Virus record (IMG/VR): IMGVR_UViG_3300021255_002694
From: a virus
Taxonomy: Duplodnaviria > Caudoviricetes
Strand: one strand, 5' to 3'
Length of the DNA stretch: 64,000 nucleotides
In this document: positions 40,588-51,411 of the stretch, piece after piece
How positions within the stretch are numbered: the stretch's first letter is position 1
Layout: every line of letters begins with the position of its first letter
Made by a program: the position numbers and the translations under genes
The notes under the pieces: model-generated
Seen by the model: only the letters and a program-made list of their open reading frames with translations
Database searches by the model: none
Told to the model about the DNA's origin: nothing

Positions 40588-43500
40588 ATGTATAATAAAG
40601 ATCATTATTTTGAAGTTGGAACATGTAGAGTTGATGATAATGGTAATTATAATATTTACCACACTACTGAATCCACTTATGATGCGGCTGTACGTGAGTT
40701 TGAGAGCATTGTAAAGTCAGTTAAGGAACACATCAGACTTACTCACTACAAGAGTGCTGGCATCACTGCATATATCACTGAGTTTAAGATCAACCGTGCA
40801 GAAGGTACTGGAAATGCTCGTACTATCCGCAGAGAAACTATTTGAAATGGGGTGTCTGTATGTGGTACTCTGTGAATCTTAATTCACTTAGATACTGGTA
40901 TTTTCTTAAATATCGTGTAATAGGAGACAAACTCATAAGAAACCTTTACTCTCCAGAATGGGATTTTCGTGAGAGATTTTGTGGAAAACCAAAGACATGG
41001 TGGGTTTATACCGGATATGGTAAATTCATCAAAATGTACTCCGAAGCACTTGCCGATTATGTTCGTGAACGCACTGGGTGGATCATTAAGCCGTTTGGTC
41101 ATGAAGAAATGGAATAAAGGAGAATAAAGATGAAAGATTTTATCAAGACAACACAGACAATGAGAGAATTTATGGAATCTCGTGGATTCACTCTTTTTAA
41201 GGATAAGAAGGGCAGACTTGCAGTATGGGTTGCAAAGTTTGAAACAGCCGAAACTGACATCGAAGGTCTGGATAAGTTTATTGTATTTTACAGTGTTCTT
41301 GGATGTGACAGTGGAGAAATTTGGGAATTCAACCCAGAAGATCGCAAGCATCTCACAGATGATGAAATTGCACAAATGATTGCAGATGTAGATGAGGCAA
41401 GTCTTCTTACATTGGGTGTTACACCTATTTCAACTGAATCTTATCTGTTTTCAAAGTGAGATGTTAAAAAATGACTGTTAAAGATTCATTTAATTCGGTC
41501 ATGAGAAAATGTAGCAAAGGAGAATTATTATGAAAAAACTTATTATGAAAGATCACATCGGAAACGTATATCGTAAAATCTATGAGGATTTCAAGCCTTA
41601 TAAGTTCCGGCTTGACGGTGCGCCCGTTACTTCCAGAGTTGCATTCCGTGATGCTCTCTATGGAAACAATGCGGTAAATCATCATGGACTCTCTATGTGG
41701 TTTCCTGTTGAACTGAAAACAGAGAAAAGAACGGTCTATGTTGTGATCTATACAGATCAGAATAATAGACGAGTTAAGCATCTCTACTATCAGGACACCG
41801 AGCCTAAAGGCGGAGTGTGCTACCATCGGGCGCGTCTGAATGTTGAAAACGGAAAAATTATCCGTAGAAAGAAAGAAGAAATCTAAAAATCACATGAGGT
41901 AGTTATTATATGATTGCATTCAAAACAAAATCTATGAAAGAGATTTCAAGATATATCTTTTCTAACTGGAACAATAACTCTCAGGAAGCATATCAAATCT
42001 TCACAAATAATGATTTCTACAGATTTACAATGCGCAAGCTGCATTATGCAATTTATAACTATTTGCGCTACCGATCTGCATGTAAGAGAGTATGGTTTGA
42101 ACTGCGGCATCCAGTAAAACCAATGTCCGTCTATATCATTGTTTCATATGATGATCAGACTAAAGAATATACATTTGAGTACACATATAAATATGACAGA
42201 GAATACTTGCCAGATTCACAGGAATTGACATTTAATAGTATGTGCGGTGAACTGATTTAAGTGGAGGTGACTATAAATCATGACTGAAAATACAACATTG
42301 ATTGAAAAACATATTATTGATCTATCCGGATCATCTGAAAAAAGATTTCCGGATTATCTGGTATTCTTTCATCGCGGTTATGAAATGGCGATTGGAATTC
42401 TATATGAAAAATGTCAATCGCGCAATGTTACGGAATTTCATGATTTCATTCGTAAAGAGTTGATTCCTGAATTTAGATCGCATATCAAAGGAAATGAATC
42501 TGTTAATGACAGATATCGTGGTGCAATTCAAGCATGTGTTGATGTAGATAGATACATCATGAGAAACAAATTCATTGATCATTGCGCTGATAATGGATAT
42601 ACAGTTGTTGAAGATGCAAACGGAATTGACATTAGAGATTGTGTTGAATCTTTGAGAAATAATAACTAAGGAAGGAGTGTAATAATATGTTTGATAAGAT
42701 CACTGAATATCTCTTGTCTAATCGGTGGATAGATTGTGATTGTGGTTATTATATATCAAGTGATTATAATTTCAAGATTTCTTTAACATACAACTCTGAA
42801 TGCAATAAATATTCTGTAAGAGTTGCAATTTTGCCTATTTTTGATAGATGGTCAAATAGCGGAACTTCTGCACAGTTTAATACACAGGAAGAAGTAATTG
42901 AATATCTTAAAGGTGCATTTATCATTGATGCATTTAAGGAAGTTCGCAGGATGATTGAAAACGGTCTTATTCAAAACAACAAAGAATTTGACAGGGACGC
43001 ATATGAAGATTCGTATAATCTTTCATCTAGGATTATCGAAGCTGTGAGTGAATGGTTTGACGAAGATAAATACACTTGAAAAATATTTAACAGAAATGAG
43101 GTAAATAAATATGGCTCTTACAGTTGGAAAACTGAAAGAAATTCTAAATACTCTTGATAATGATGTACCCATTGTAGTTGAAAATGCATGGGAACAATTT
43201 TACATCAAAGAAAGTGATGTCTCTGTTGAAGAAATTTATGAACACACAGGAGATCGTGTATCATCATTCAAAACAATCATTATTTATGCAGGAGATCATT
43301 ATTAAACAAAAAAAAAGAGGTAATTTCATGGAACTTACTGTCGGTAAACTAAAAGAGATTATCCATGATCTCGATGATGATATGATAGTTTCTGTAGTAA
43401 ATCCTGTTGGAGATGTTACAGAACTAGATTCTGATAGAATTACAGTAGACGATTATCCGCCTAGAGAAAATATTGATGGTAAAATATTTTTACTACAGGC

Positions 43501-44446
43501 TTGTCGAGATATGCTTGCTAACGGAATTATCAGCGCAAGAGATATATCAACATGGAGATACGGAGAGGACTATCTGTGTTTCAATAAGAAAAAGGATAAG
43601 TAATTGAAAGGACTATAAAAATGAATATCATTATTGTAAATGTAAAAGAAAACAAAACTAAGTCAATGAGAGTAAAAACTGTAAAGAATCGCGGTCTTGA
43701 ATTTGTTGTTGTGTTTAATGATGGTACATCAAAGAAATACAGCTTCAAAGATTATGATTTCTTTATTCAGAGAGGTTAATGGTATGAAAATTTCAAATAG
43801 TTATTATGGTGAAAAATCAAAGTTTGAACTGCTTGAACAAATTGTCAATGCACACAAAAATGTAATTGTGTTTTATGATTCGCTATATGACAGATCAATG
43901 ATCGAAAGATTCTTTGAAAATAAAGATGTCGATGTAGATAGATTTCCGTTTGCTGAACTTGAATCTGATAGATCGGTTTATCTTGTTCCGAAAACATGTA
44001 CTTCCGGTTGGAAATCAGATATTTCAAATACAGTTGTTTTCTACAACACATTTGCAGAAGAACTTATGGAAGAAGCAAGAGAAATTGTTTCAGAAAATAA
44101 AACAGGAGATGCATATTTTTACTATCTCTATTAAGGCGGTGATATTTTGAGATTTGCAAAATCAAGAGGTTTAAGAATTGATATCTACAGCAATGCTTCT
44201 AGTAAACGAGAACTCGTTGAAATGGCAAATTCAGATATCCTAAAACTAGAAAAAGAATATTCAGATATACTTGAAAAAATTGATAATATAAATGAGTTCA
44301 TTTATGAATTCAGACATGATCAAAATAAAGAAGATCAAGTTAAGGACGCAAGAAAGAGAAGAGCAACATTAAGAAATTCTCTATATACAGTTCGGCGCAG
44401 AATTGATAGAATTAAATCTAACATTCTAAATTATAATGCGCAATAA
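40588..44446 (+). other. Early cassette of ~12 small hypothetical genes, including tandem MxLTVGKLKEI paralogs (43111, 43328)
   Basis: Contiguous ORFs with SDs between the promoter at 40513 and the hairpin at 44470. Confidence 0.7.
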
Positions 44447-44469
44447 CATAGAAAATTGAATAATATTAG

Positions 44470-44515
44470 AACATTATAAGCATGTAGCCATTATGTGCTT
44501 ATAATGTTTTTTTTT
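44470..44515 (+). terminator. Long hairpin/terminator at the early-to-structural gene boundary
   Basis: AACATTATAAGCATGTA / TATGTGCTTATAATGTT followed by a T run. Confidence 0.82.
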
Positions 44516-44531
44516 CGAGGAAGTGATATCT

Positions 44532-45578
44532 ATGGCAATTAGCGGAACTGGAACTGCTGCTGATCCGTATATTCCTACAACATTTGCTGATTTTAGAACA
44601 TGTGTTGGAAGAACTGGCGCATATGTGTGTCTTATGCAAGATATTGATGTATCTAAAGATTCTGTATATAAAACTGGAATTACATCGTCACTTGATATAT
44701 TATGCCGATATGTATATGGAACTGCAATGACTTATTCAAGTACAACATCTTATGCTGTTGGTAATAAATGCACTTATAATGATGGTGAACATGGTCTTTG
44801 CACTTATGAGTGTATTCAAGCATGTACTGGTGTTGATGTTACAAATACTGAATATTGGACTCGTGGTGGTAATCCTACTAAAAAGATAACTGGACTTATT
44901 ATTACGTCTGGTTATTGTTTTAGTTGTAACCAATATAATAATGAAATAACTATGGCTAATTTATTTTTTGAATCGTGTGCTTGGGATAAAACATCCGACA
45001 CCACCCCGATGTTCAACGCTAATGAATCATATAGCAGTAGAACTATACGATTAAATGATTGCTCGTTCTCCATGTTCTACAATCAGCACTCCTATGAAGC
45101 ACACATTACTAATCAATGCACTTTTATATTTAACAGATGTTCATTATACATTAAATTCTCTCATAGTGTTAGTGGAAATTTCTATGCATATGGTGCTGTT
45201 GGATCAAATACATCATTTAATAATTGTACTATTGACATGAGTGACTTTTGCGCTCCCACAACTAACTCATATTATCTTATGAGAGGGCTTATAAATTCAA
45301 GTGTACACGTTGTTTGTGACGCTGCCTATTCTTCAAACGGCAATCAAATACGAATCTATGGCACAAATTCTTTTTATGCTATAACTGTCCGTAATGTATA
45401 TGGTAACTATTACAGTAATGTTGTATTTGATGGAACATTTAGTGGTACAAATATAATAGATAGTGATGTAATGGGAAATATGACACTTAATTCTGGTATT
45501 CAAAACTTAATTGCCGGAACTACAGAACAATGTAAAGATAAAGATTGGCTTACATCAAAGGGATTCTTCACATCATAA
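44532..45578 (+). CDS. Putative virion adhesin/beta-helix protein with CBM5/12-like insert
   Basis: GTGTAADPY start; insert YSSTTSYAVGNKCTY…YEC…TEYW; F..C/FNNC beta-helix repeats. Confidence 0.6.
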   Translation: MAISGTGTAADPYIPTTFADFRTCVGRTGAYVCLMQDIDVSKDSVYKTGITSSLDILCRYVYGTAMTYSSTTSYAVGNKCTYNDGEHGLCTYECIQACTGVDVTNTEYWTRGGNPTKKITGLIITSGYCFSCNQYNNEITMANLFFESCAWDKTSDTTPMFNANESYSSRTIRLNDCSFSMFYNQHSYEAHITNQCTFIFNRCSLYIKFSHSVSGNFYAYGAVGSNTSFNNCTIDMSDFCAPTTNSYYLMRGLINSSVHVVCDAAYSSNGNQIRIYGTNSFYAITVRNVYGNYYSNVVFDGTFSGTNIIDSDVMGNMTLNSGIQNLIAGTTEQCKDKDWLTSKGFFTS

Positions 45579-45590
45579 GGCGGTGATTAT

Positions 45591-46604
45591 ATGTCATGGT
45601 CATATCAAATTTGGAAACAGGATGACGATGTATTTTATGGATATATAACACCACTGAAAAGTGCTGAGTATGATCAGTTTGATGTAACAGAGATATTTTG
45701 TTGTTTTAAGATTGACAGTCAATTTTATGGTTATCCTCACACTATTTATGGTGTTGCACCAAGTTTTGATGTAAGCAAAGTATATCACTATTTTGAATGT
45801 AATGATTCATTTTATGGATATCCGGCAGCTTTAGGAATTACATTTAATCCGTTAGGTGCATTTATGCGGTGTACATCACTTAGACATATAACAATACCAG
45901 AATCAGTATATGAATTTGGTTCACATTCATTCTATGAAAGTGGACTTGATGCTGTAACAATATCACCAGACAGTATTATATATCAAAATACATTTAATAG
46001 TGATTGCACAATAAGTTACTACCCGTCTGCAACAAATATACCACAAACATTTGATCTTGCACGATATCAAAAAACAGATATTCAATCAATATATCCAAAT
46101 GCCAGTATAAATATAAATAATAAGATCGAAAGAGAATTAAAGAATGTTATCTGTAATGCTGATACATCACAAGTATCAAGTGAATACAAACAAGCATCTA
46201 TTACAGGTAGATATACAGGTGCAACCATAACAACATTTAATTATACTGTTCATGAAGATATAATAGATATAACATCATATAATTGGGAACAAGGAACAGG
46301 AAACCCATCAACAGGTGAATTCAATTCAGATGGCACAACAAGAATACGATGCTTAGATTATATAAATGTCGATAGTAAATATGGTAAAGTATCTGTAAGA
46401 GCATTAAATCAATCAGATGCTAATTTATCTTTCGTTGTATATTACTATACTGATTCTAGCTTTATATATTCAACAACATGGTTGACAAGCGGTACATGGG
46501 TTAAGATACCTGACGGAACAACAAGAATTAGAATACTTCTAAAGATACAAGACAATGTAGATATAACTGTAGCTGATATGAAATCATGTAAAATAATTCT
46601 ATGA
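45591..46604 (+). CDS. Putative structural protein with BspA-type LRR and C-terminal carbohydrate-binding-like domain
   Basis: GAFMRCTSLRHITIPESVYEFGSHSF; WEQG…RIRCLDYI…IPDGTTRIRI. Confidence 0.6.
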   Translation: MSWSYQIWKQDDDVFYGYITPLKSAEYDQFDVTEIFCCFKIDSQFYGYPHTIYGVAPSFDVSKVYHYFECNDSFYGYPAALGITFNPLGAFMRCTSLRHITIPESVYEFGSHSFYESGLDAVTISPDSIIYQNTFNSDCTISYYPSATNIPQTFDLARYQKTDIQSIYPNASININNKIERELKNVICNADTSQVSSEYKQASITGRYTGATITTFNYTVHEDIIDITSYNWEQGTGNPSTGEFNSDGTTRIRCLDYINVDSKYGKVSVRALNQSDANLSFVVYYYTDSSFIYSTTWLTSGTWVKIPDGTTRIRILLKIQDNVDITVADMKSCKIIL

Positions 46605-46615
46605 GGTGATTGTAT

Positions 46616-46924
46616 ATGAAATTGAGAATAAGAGAATCTTCGGTTGATCCGCTAAATACAGTAAATCAAAATATAATTGCGGTCTTAAATTCTATTGAAA
46701 GAAGATTAGACAATATTGAATTTGATACTGTTCAAATAGATGACGGATATCTTGAAGTAAAGGCTATGAATACAGAAACAGATCAAAGTTGTTCATATGT
46801 ACTAGATATCTATAAGGGAGAACTAAATGTTGCATGTGACTGGTCAGATCGTATTCATAAATTCAGTGATATTGATTCATTCAAGGATTGGCTTGAAGAT
46901 GATATTGCAGATAACTTAATCTAA
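46616..46924 (+). CDS. Acidic protein with MKLRIRES leader; paralog of the C-terminal domain of 48207
   Basis: HKFSDIDSFKDWLEDDI vs EKFYDFKSFIDWLDEDI. Confidence 0.72.
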   Translation: MKLRIRESSVDPLNTVNQNIIAVLNSIERRLDNIEFDTVQIDDGYLEVKAMNTETDQSCSYVLDIYKGELNVACDWSDRIHKFSDIDSFKDWLEDDIADNLI

Positions 46925-46934
46925 TATAATGATC

Positions 46935-46964
46935 TATCGGGACTAAATGTCCCGATATTTTTTT
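46935..46964 (+). terminator. Intrinsic terminator
   Basis: TATCGGGAC / GTCCCGATA followed by a T run. Confidence 0.85.
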
Positions 46965-46974
46965 GAAAAAATAC

Positions 46975-47003
46975 TTGACAAATCGCATGAAATATGGTAT
47001 ACT
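46975..47003 (+). promoter_or_regulatory. Consensus sigma-A early promoter
   Basis: TTGACA-17-TATACT with TG. Confidence 0.9.
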
Positions 47004-47093
47004 ATATTTAGATGGGTATGCAAAAAATATATCTGTATACAATTAAAAATATATGGAAATTTTAACTATATAATGTGAATTTGGAGGTAAATT

Positions 47094-47468
47094 ATGAATA
47101 CTGAATACATGAACACTTTGAAAGAAGAACTGTCTATTGTATCCGATATAATTAAGAAATATGGAGTCTATGATTTTGGATATCCTGAATCTGTAGATGC
47201 TATTGATTATTTTGTAATTATGGGCAATGGTGATCTTTTCTACATTTTTCCAGGATCGACATGTTTTCCTGATATTGATTTCAACGATATTGTTTATATT
47301 AGAAAACATGTTGCAGTTAATTCTATTGATACTGACTGTGTTAAAGAATATTTTGATTCCGATAATGGTTTGTTTAATTGTGACGATGATTACACCTATG
47401 ATTCCGATATCGCAAAAAGATACAATGCAGATTTTGATAAAGAGATTTTAACAGGTAACTATGACTAA
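47094..47468 (+). CDS. Promoter-proximal acidic protein (paralog of 5123)
   Basis: See 5123. Confidence 0.75.
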   Translation: MNTEYMNTLKEELSIVSDIIKKYGVYDFGYPESVDAIDYFVIMGNGDLFYIFPGSTCFPDIDFNDIVYIRKHVAVNSIDTDCVKEYFDSDNGLFNCDDDYTYDSDIAKRYNADFDKEILTGNYD

Positions 47469-47485
47469 TTAGGGATGTGGTTTAC

Positions 47486-48190
47486 ATGAAACTTATAGTA
47501 GAATCAATTAAACTTAAAATTTCAGAAAGCGTGAGTTTAGATGAGAGATTAGAAGATATTGGCAATTCAACATATTGTACAGATTCAGCACAAGATATTG
47601 CGAACTGGATTGTAAATAAACCAATGCCATACAGAGTTATATATGATAAAAAATATGATGTATGGTGCATTGCAGATGCAGAAGTTCAAACACATAAAGA
47701 TATGTCCATTGATATGTTTGATAGTAATTATCTGTATGGAATTGCAAAAGATTTAGATAATGATATTGAACTAATGCGAAAAGAAGATAATCTTAATGAT
47801 GGTTGGACAGATGCAGAAGTATATTCAGATTATCAGTTTGATCATTATAATATTAAAGGTTTAATTTTTATTCCTGAAAATATGGAATATAGAGATTATG
47901 AGGAATCTGGATTCTATTCCGCAAAAACAGAATTAGTAAATGGAACAATATTCACAACAAGACATAGTGAGTTTAGCGATTCTGGAATATTCAAACCCCT
48001 ATACATGAAACTAAAGATAATGGGAGCAATTAAGCCTGAAATAGAAGCATTATGGAAGAAAGCACTTCTACTTAAATTTGATCCAGATAAAATGCTGAAT
48101 TGGTTTTACGATACTGCTGGAAAACATGGATATTCAGATACCGAGATTAGCAGATTCATAGATGATCACCTAACTGACTATTTGAAATGA
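47486..48190 (+). CDS. Hypothetical protein with doubled leader MKLIVES-IKLKISES
   Basis: ATG at 47486. Confidence 0.72.
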   Translation: MKLIVESIKLKISESVSLDERLEDIGNSTYCTDSAQDIANWIVNKPMPYRVIYDKKYDVWCIADAEVQTHKDMSIDMFDSNYLYGIAKDLDNDIELMRKEDNLNDGWTDAEVYSDYQFDHYNIKGLIFIPENMEYRDYEESGFYSAKTELVNGTIFTTRHSEFSDSGIFKPLYMKLKIMGAIKPEIEALWKKALLLKFDPDKMLNWFYDTAGKHGYSDTEISRFIDDHLTDYLK

Positions 48191-48206
48191 AAGGAATTGA
48201 TTTAAC

Positions 48207-49154
48207 ATGATCGAACTATATGATGATGAACTATTTAATGAAGATGAACAATTTGATGAAGCATATGCACAATCACCGCAGATGATGACAGTAAGAAACC
48301 AACTCATGAATAAACTCGGTGATGATTTTAGTGCTGTCGGTGGATCAATGAATCCGAAGATTTTAATTCAATATAAACAGAATCCTAAGATTGATTTTGA
48401 AATAACTCCAAATGGAAAGAATATTGATATTGTAGGTCGAATTGATAAAGTTCCGGACACAATACATAAGAAACGTGGTATTGCATATATGAGAGCTGGA
48501 AATATTATATATGATTATATCATGGATTTTATTGATGATAATGAAGAAAGGATTGAAGAAAATATGAAACTTGAAATTAGAGAATCTACAAAAGAGGAAT
48601 ACTTTGTTGGTGTATGGGGCAAAGATAAGCCAAAATATGACCAAGCATACATTGAAACACGTACATTCAGCAATCGACAAGATGCTTGGGAATTCGCGCT
48701 GAAATGGAATCTCAAAGGCTACTATGTCAATTTTGCATCAGATGAAGAATATGATGACGAAGATGGAGAATACAGTGAATGCACCTACAAACCATATGAA
48801 ATGGAAAGAACATTTAATTCAGTTCATGAGGCATACGAAGATAGTGAAAACTTTTCATATCTGGATGATCCATTCTCAGAACTAAAGAAAGCATTAAATA
48901 ACTATTTTAATGAATTCCACGATCCAGTACATACAAAAGTATATTATAAAAATCTAAACTATGACGATATTTGGGCTATGGATATGAAGGTAAGTGCATA
49001 TGACGGCACTTCTGAAAAAACATATTCTCTTGAATTCAGAGATGCATATGACGGAATTTTGTATGTAAGACCTCAAAACGGTTCATGGGAAAAGTTCTAT
49101 GATTTTAAGTCTTTCATTGACTGGCTAGATGAGGATATAGAGGGATTGTTCTAA
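48207..49154 (+). CDS. Multi-domain acidic protein with internal MKLEIRES motif (48564)
   Basis: 315-aa ORF; apparent fusion of leader-bearing units. Confidence 0.72.
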   Translation: MIELYDDELFNEDEQFDEAYAQSPQMMTVRNQLMNKLGDDFSAVGGSMNPKILIQYKQNPKIDFEITPNGKNIDIVGRIDKVPDTIHKKRGIAYMRAGNIIYDYIMDFIDDNEERIEENMKLEIRESTKEEYFVGVWGKDKPKYDQAYIETRTFSNRQDAWEFALKWNLKGYYVNFASDEEYDDEDGEYSECTYKPYEMERTFNSVHEAYEDSENFSYLDDPFSELKKALNNYFNEFHDPVHTKVYYKNLNYDDIWAMDMKVSAYDGTSEKTYSLEFRDAYDGILYVRPQNGSWEKFYDFKSFIDWLDEDIEGLF

Positions 49155-49184
49155 AAATATCAAAAACAAAAGGACTTGATGTAA

Positions 49185-49487
49185 ATGTTTTTTAGGAAAA
49201 AAGATATAACGATAGAACATGTAAAGGATTTACTGTTGCCTCGTATAAATATAATGAATCCAAAAATAATTGCAGATGAATCTAATAGATTTCAAGTTGA
49301 CGTTTTTACTAAAGGTCGATCTATAGAAATCAAACTAAACTCTTTTCATAAAAATTCAGTTACAGTAGATATTATTGATCCATTTGGAATTGTTCGTATT
49401 CCGCGAAAGACATTTAAGAAGATGGATGATTTTAAGCTGTATATGCTTACAGACTTTACACGATTGTTAAATGAATACAATAGGTAA
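49185..49487 (+). CDS. Hypothetical protein
   Basis: ORF with SD AAGGA. Confidence 0.6.
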   Translation: MFFRKKDITIEHVKDLLLPRINIMNPKIIADESNRFQVDVFTKGRSIEIKLNSFHKNSVTVDIIDPFGIVRIPRKTFKKMDDFKLYMLTDFTRLLNEYNR

Positions 49488-49534
49488 AGAAAATATAGAC
49501 ATATTGATTCAAAATAAAAAACAATACTTAACAA

Positions 49535-49579
49535 TATTCATAGATCACTGATAACAGCGATCTATGAATAGTATTTTTT
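49535..49579 (+). terminator. Hairpin upstream of the 49597 cluster
   Basis: TATTCATAGATCACTG / CAGCGATCTATGAATA followed by a T run. Confidence 0.75.
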
Positions 49580-49596
49580 AGAAAGGAATTGATCGT

Positions 49597-49854
49597 ATGG
49601 TTAAACTTATAAATGAATCTATTGATGATGTTCAACCAGAGATTGTCAAGGATCGCGGCGGAAAAATATACAAAGAAACACGAGATAAACTTGATCGCAT
49701 AACTAACTATCATACTGGTGTACTTGATACATATGCATATAAATTAAATGAGAATGAAAAATCAGCAGATATGACACTGCTTAAATTAGTTAATGACGCA
49801 GTAGAAGCATTGAAACAGCTTGATGAATATAAACATATAATTCCACGTAAGTAA
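49597..49854 (+). CDS. Small protein with MVKLINES leader, tandem paralog of 49904
   Basis: PEIVKDRGGK.YKET..KLD shared. Confidence 0.78.
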   Translation: MVKLINESIDDVQPEIVKDRGGKIYKETRDKLDRITNYHTGVLDTYAYKLNENEKSADMTLLKLVNDAVEALKQLDEYKHIIPRK

Positions 49855-49903
49855 TTTATAAAAACAAATTAAACATAATGATATAGAAAGTAGTTGATTG
49901 TAT

Positions 49904-50176
49904 ATGATTAAAATTATAAATGAATCTATGGAAGACTTTATGAATGTTGAACCTGAAATTGTTAAAGATCGTGGCGGAAAGATGTATAAAGAAACACAAG
50001 AAAAATTAGACAAATTAAACCGTGGTATTTTTTCAGATAGATATATAGTAGAATTAAACAAAGAAAAATTAGCTGATAAAACATTAGTTGAGATAACAAA
50101 TGAAGCATATGAAGCATGTATGAAGTTATCAGATTATCTTTTGGAAATGCGCCGCAGACAGATGTTTGGTAAATAA
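49904..50176 (+). CDS. Small protein with MIKIINES leader
   Basis: See 49597. Confidence 0.78.
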   Translation: MIKIINESMEDFMNVEPEIVKDRGGKMYKETQEKLDKLNRGIFSDRYIVELNKEKLADKTLVEITNEAYEACMKLSDYLLEMRRRQMFGK

Positions 50177-50287
50177 TATTTATTTTTAGGTCATGGATAT
50201 GATTTTTAATAATGATCACATTGTATAAGATTATTCGCTGATTTGATAAAGTATATTGTGGATTAAGAAATAAAAGGTGTGATACAA

Positions 50288-50659
50288 ATGATCAAACTTA
50301 AAATATGTGAAAGTCATGATGGCTTAACCACATTTGATAAAGATTGGGATTTTATAGAAGCTGTGTTTACACAGGCAAGACCTGGGCATTTTGGAATAGA
50401 AATACCACTTGATAGATATGATGATCGCACACGGAAAAATATTGTATCAGATATTCGTAAGTTAGTAAAAGCACAAGACGGAATGACAGTTGAGGAAACG
50501 ATCATAGAAGAATATAATGATATAAGTCCTGACGATGAACTATTTGAATGGGTTTCCGATGTTCTTTATGATATTGAAGATAAGGCACATGATAGCAAAT
50601 ATGAGAACTTTGCTGACACAGCTAGCTTACTGATACGTGGTACACATTTTTATTGGTAA
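50288..50659 (+). CDS. Protein with MIKLKICES leader
   Basis: ATG at 50288 after AAGGTG. Confidence 0.7.
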   Translation: MIKLKICESHDGLTTFDKDWDFIEAVFTQARPGHFGIEIPLDRYDDRTRKNIVSDIRKLVKAQDGMTVEETIIEEYNDISPDDELFEWVSDVLYDIEDKAHDSKYENFADTASLLIRGTHFYW

Positions 50660-50721
50660 GTTTACAAAAAAAAACTACGATATAACACCACATGAATAGA
50701 GACTAGAGAGGTTGATTTATT

Positions 50722-51255
50722 ATGGCAGTTAGAAAGTTAAAAGAGAGTAAAACTCTTAAAAATTATGAAATAGCAGATATGCTTGTTGCAAATGGTTTTG
50801 GTAATGAAGAAGAAGGATACCTTGATTATTTTCTTCCAGATAATCCAAAATATGTTGCATCTGTAAATTTAGATGATATGGGTTCATATATTGATGACTT
50901 AGATGAGGGTGAACATGTATCACTACCGTATGCAAATAACGCTGATAGAAAAATTCTAAGAACTGAGGAAGATGTAGAGGAATTTCTCAGCTTTATTCAA
51001 GAACTAAATTACAGCGATATGTTTGAATCTAAGACACGTAAGACAGGAAAGAGAATTAAAGAAGAACTAGATTATGATGCAGTAACTATTGACGATATTG
51101 TAGATATATGTGATCACATAAAAGAAGATGCAGATAAAATAAAGAGAGTAGCATCAAATTATCCAGAAAACTATAATTCTGCTTGGAGAAATTATGCTGA
51201 GTTGAAAAACAAGTTAATTGACATAGAAACAATGCTGTATGAACTATGGAGATAA
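50722..51255 (+). CDS. Protein with MAVRKLKES leader and internal MFES…RIKEE linker
   Basis: ORF with SD GAGG. Confidence 0.72.
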   Translation: MAVRKLKESKTLKNYEIADMLVANGFGNEEEGYLDYFLPDNPKYVASVNLDDMGSYIDDLDEGEHVSLPYANNADRKILRTEEDVEEFLSFIQELNYSDMFESKTRKTGKRIKEELDYDAVTIDDIVDICDHIKEDADKIKRVASNYPENYNSAWRNYAELKNKLIDIETMLYELWR

Positions 51256-51291
51256 AGATAAGCAGAATAAACTATAACTAAAACAATCAGC

Positions 51292-51340
51292 AACACCACA
51301 TGACCTAAAGGATAAGATCATGTGGTGTTTATTTTTATTT
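51292..51340 (+). terminator. Intrinsic terminator
   Basis: AACACCACATGA / TCATGTGGTGTT followed by a T-rich tail. Confidence 0.82.
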
Positions 51341-51411
51341 CGGCGTGAAAGATAAAAAATCATTCAATATAATTATCAAAACTAAACAATATCTTTTCAC
51401 TATATAGATAT

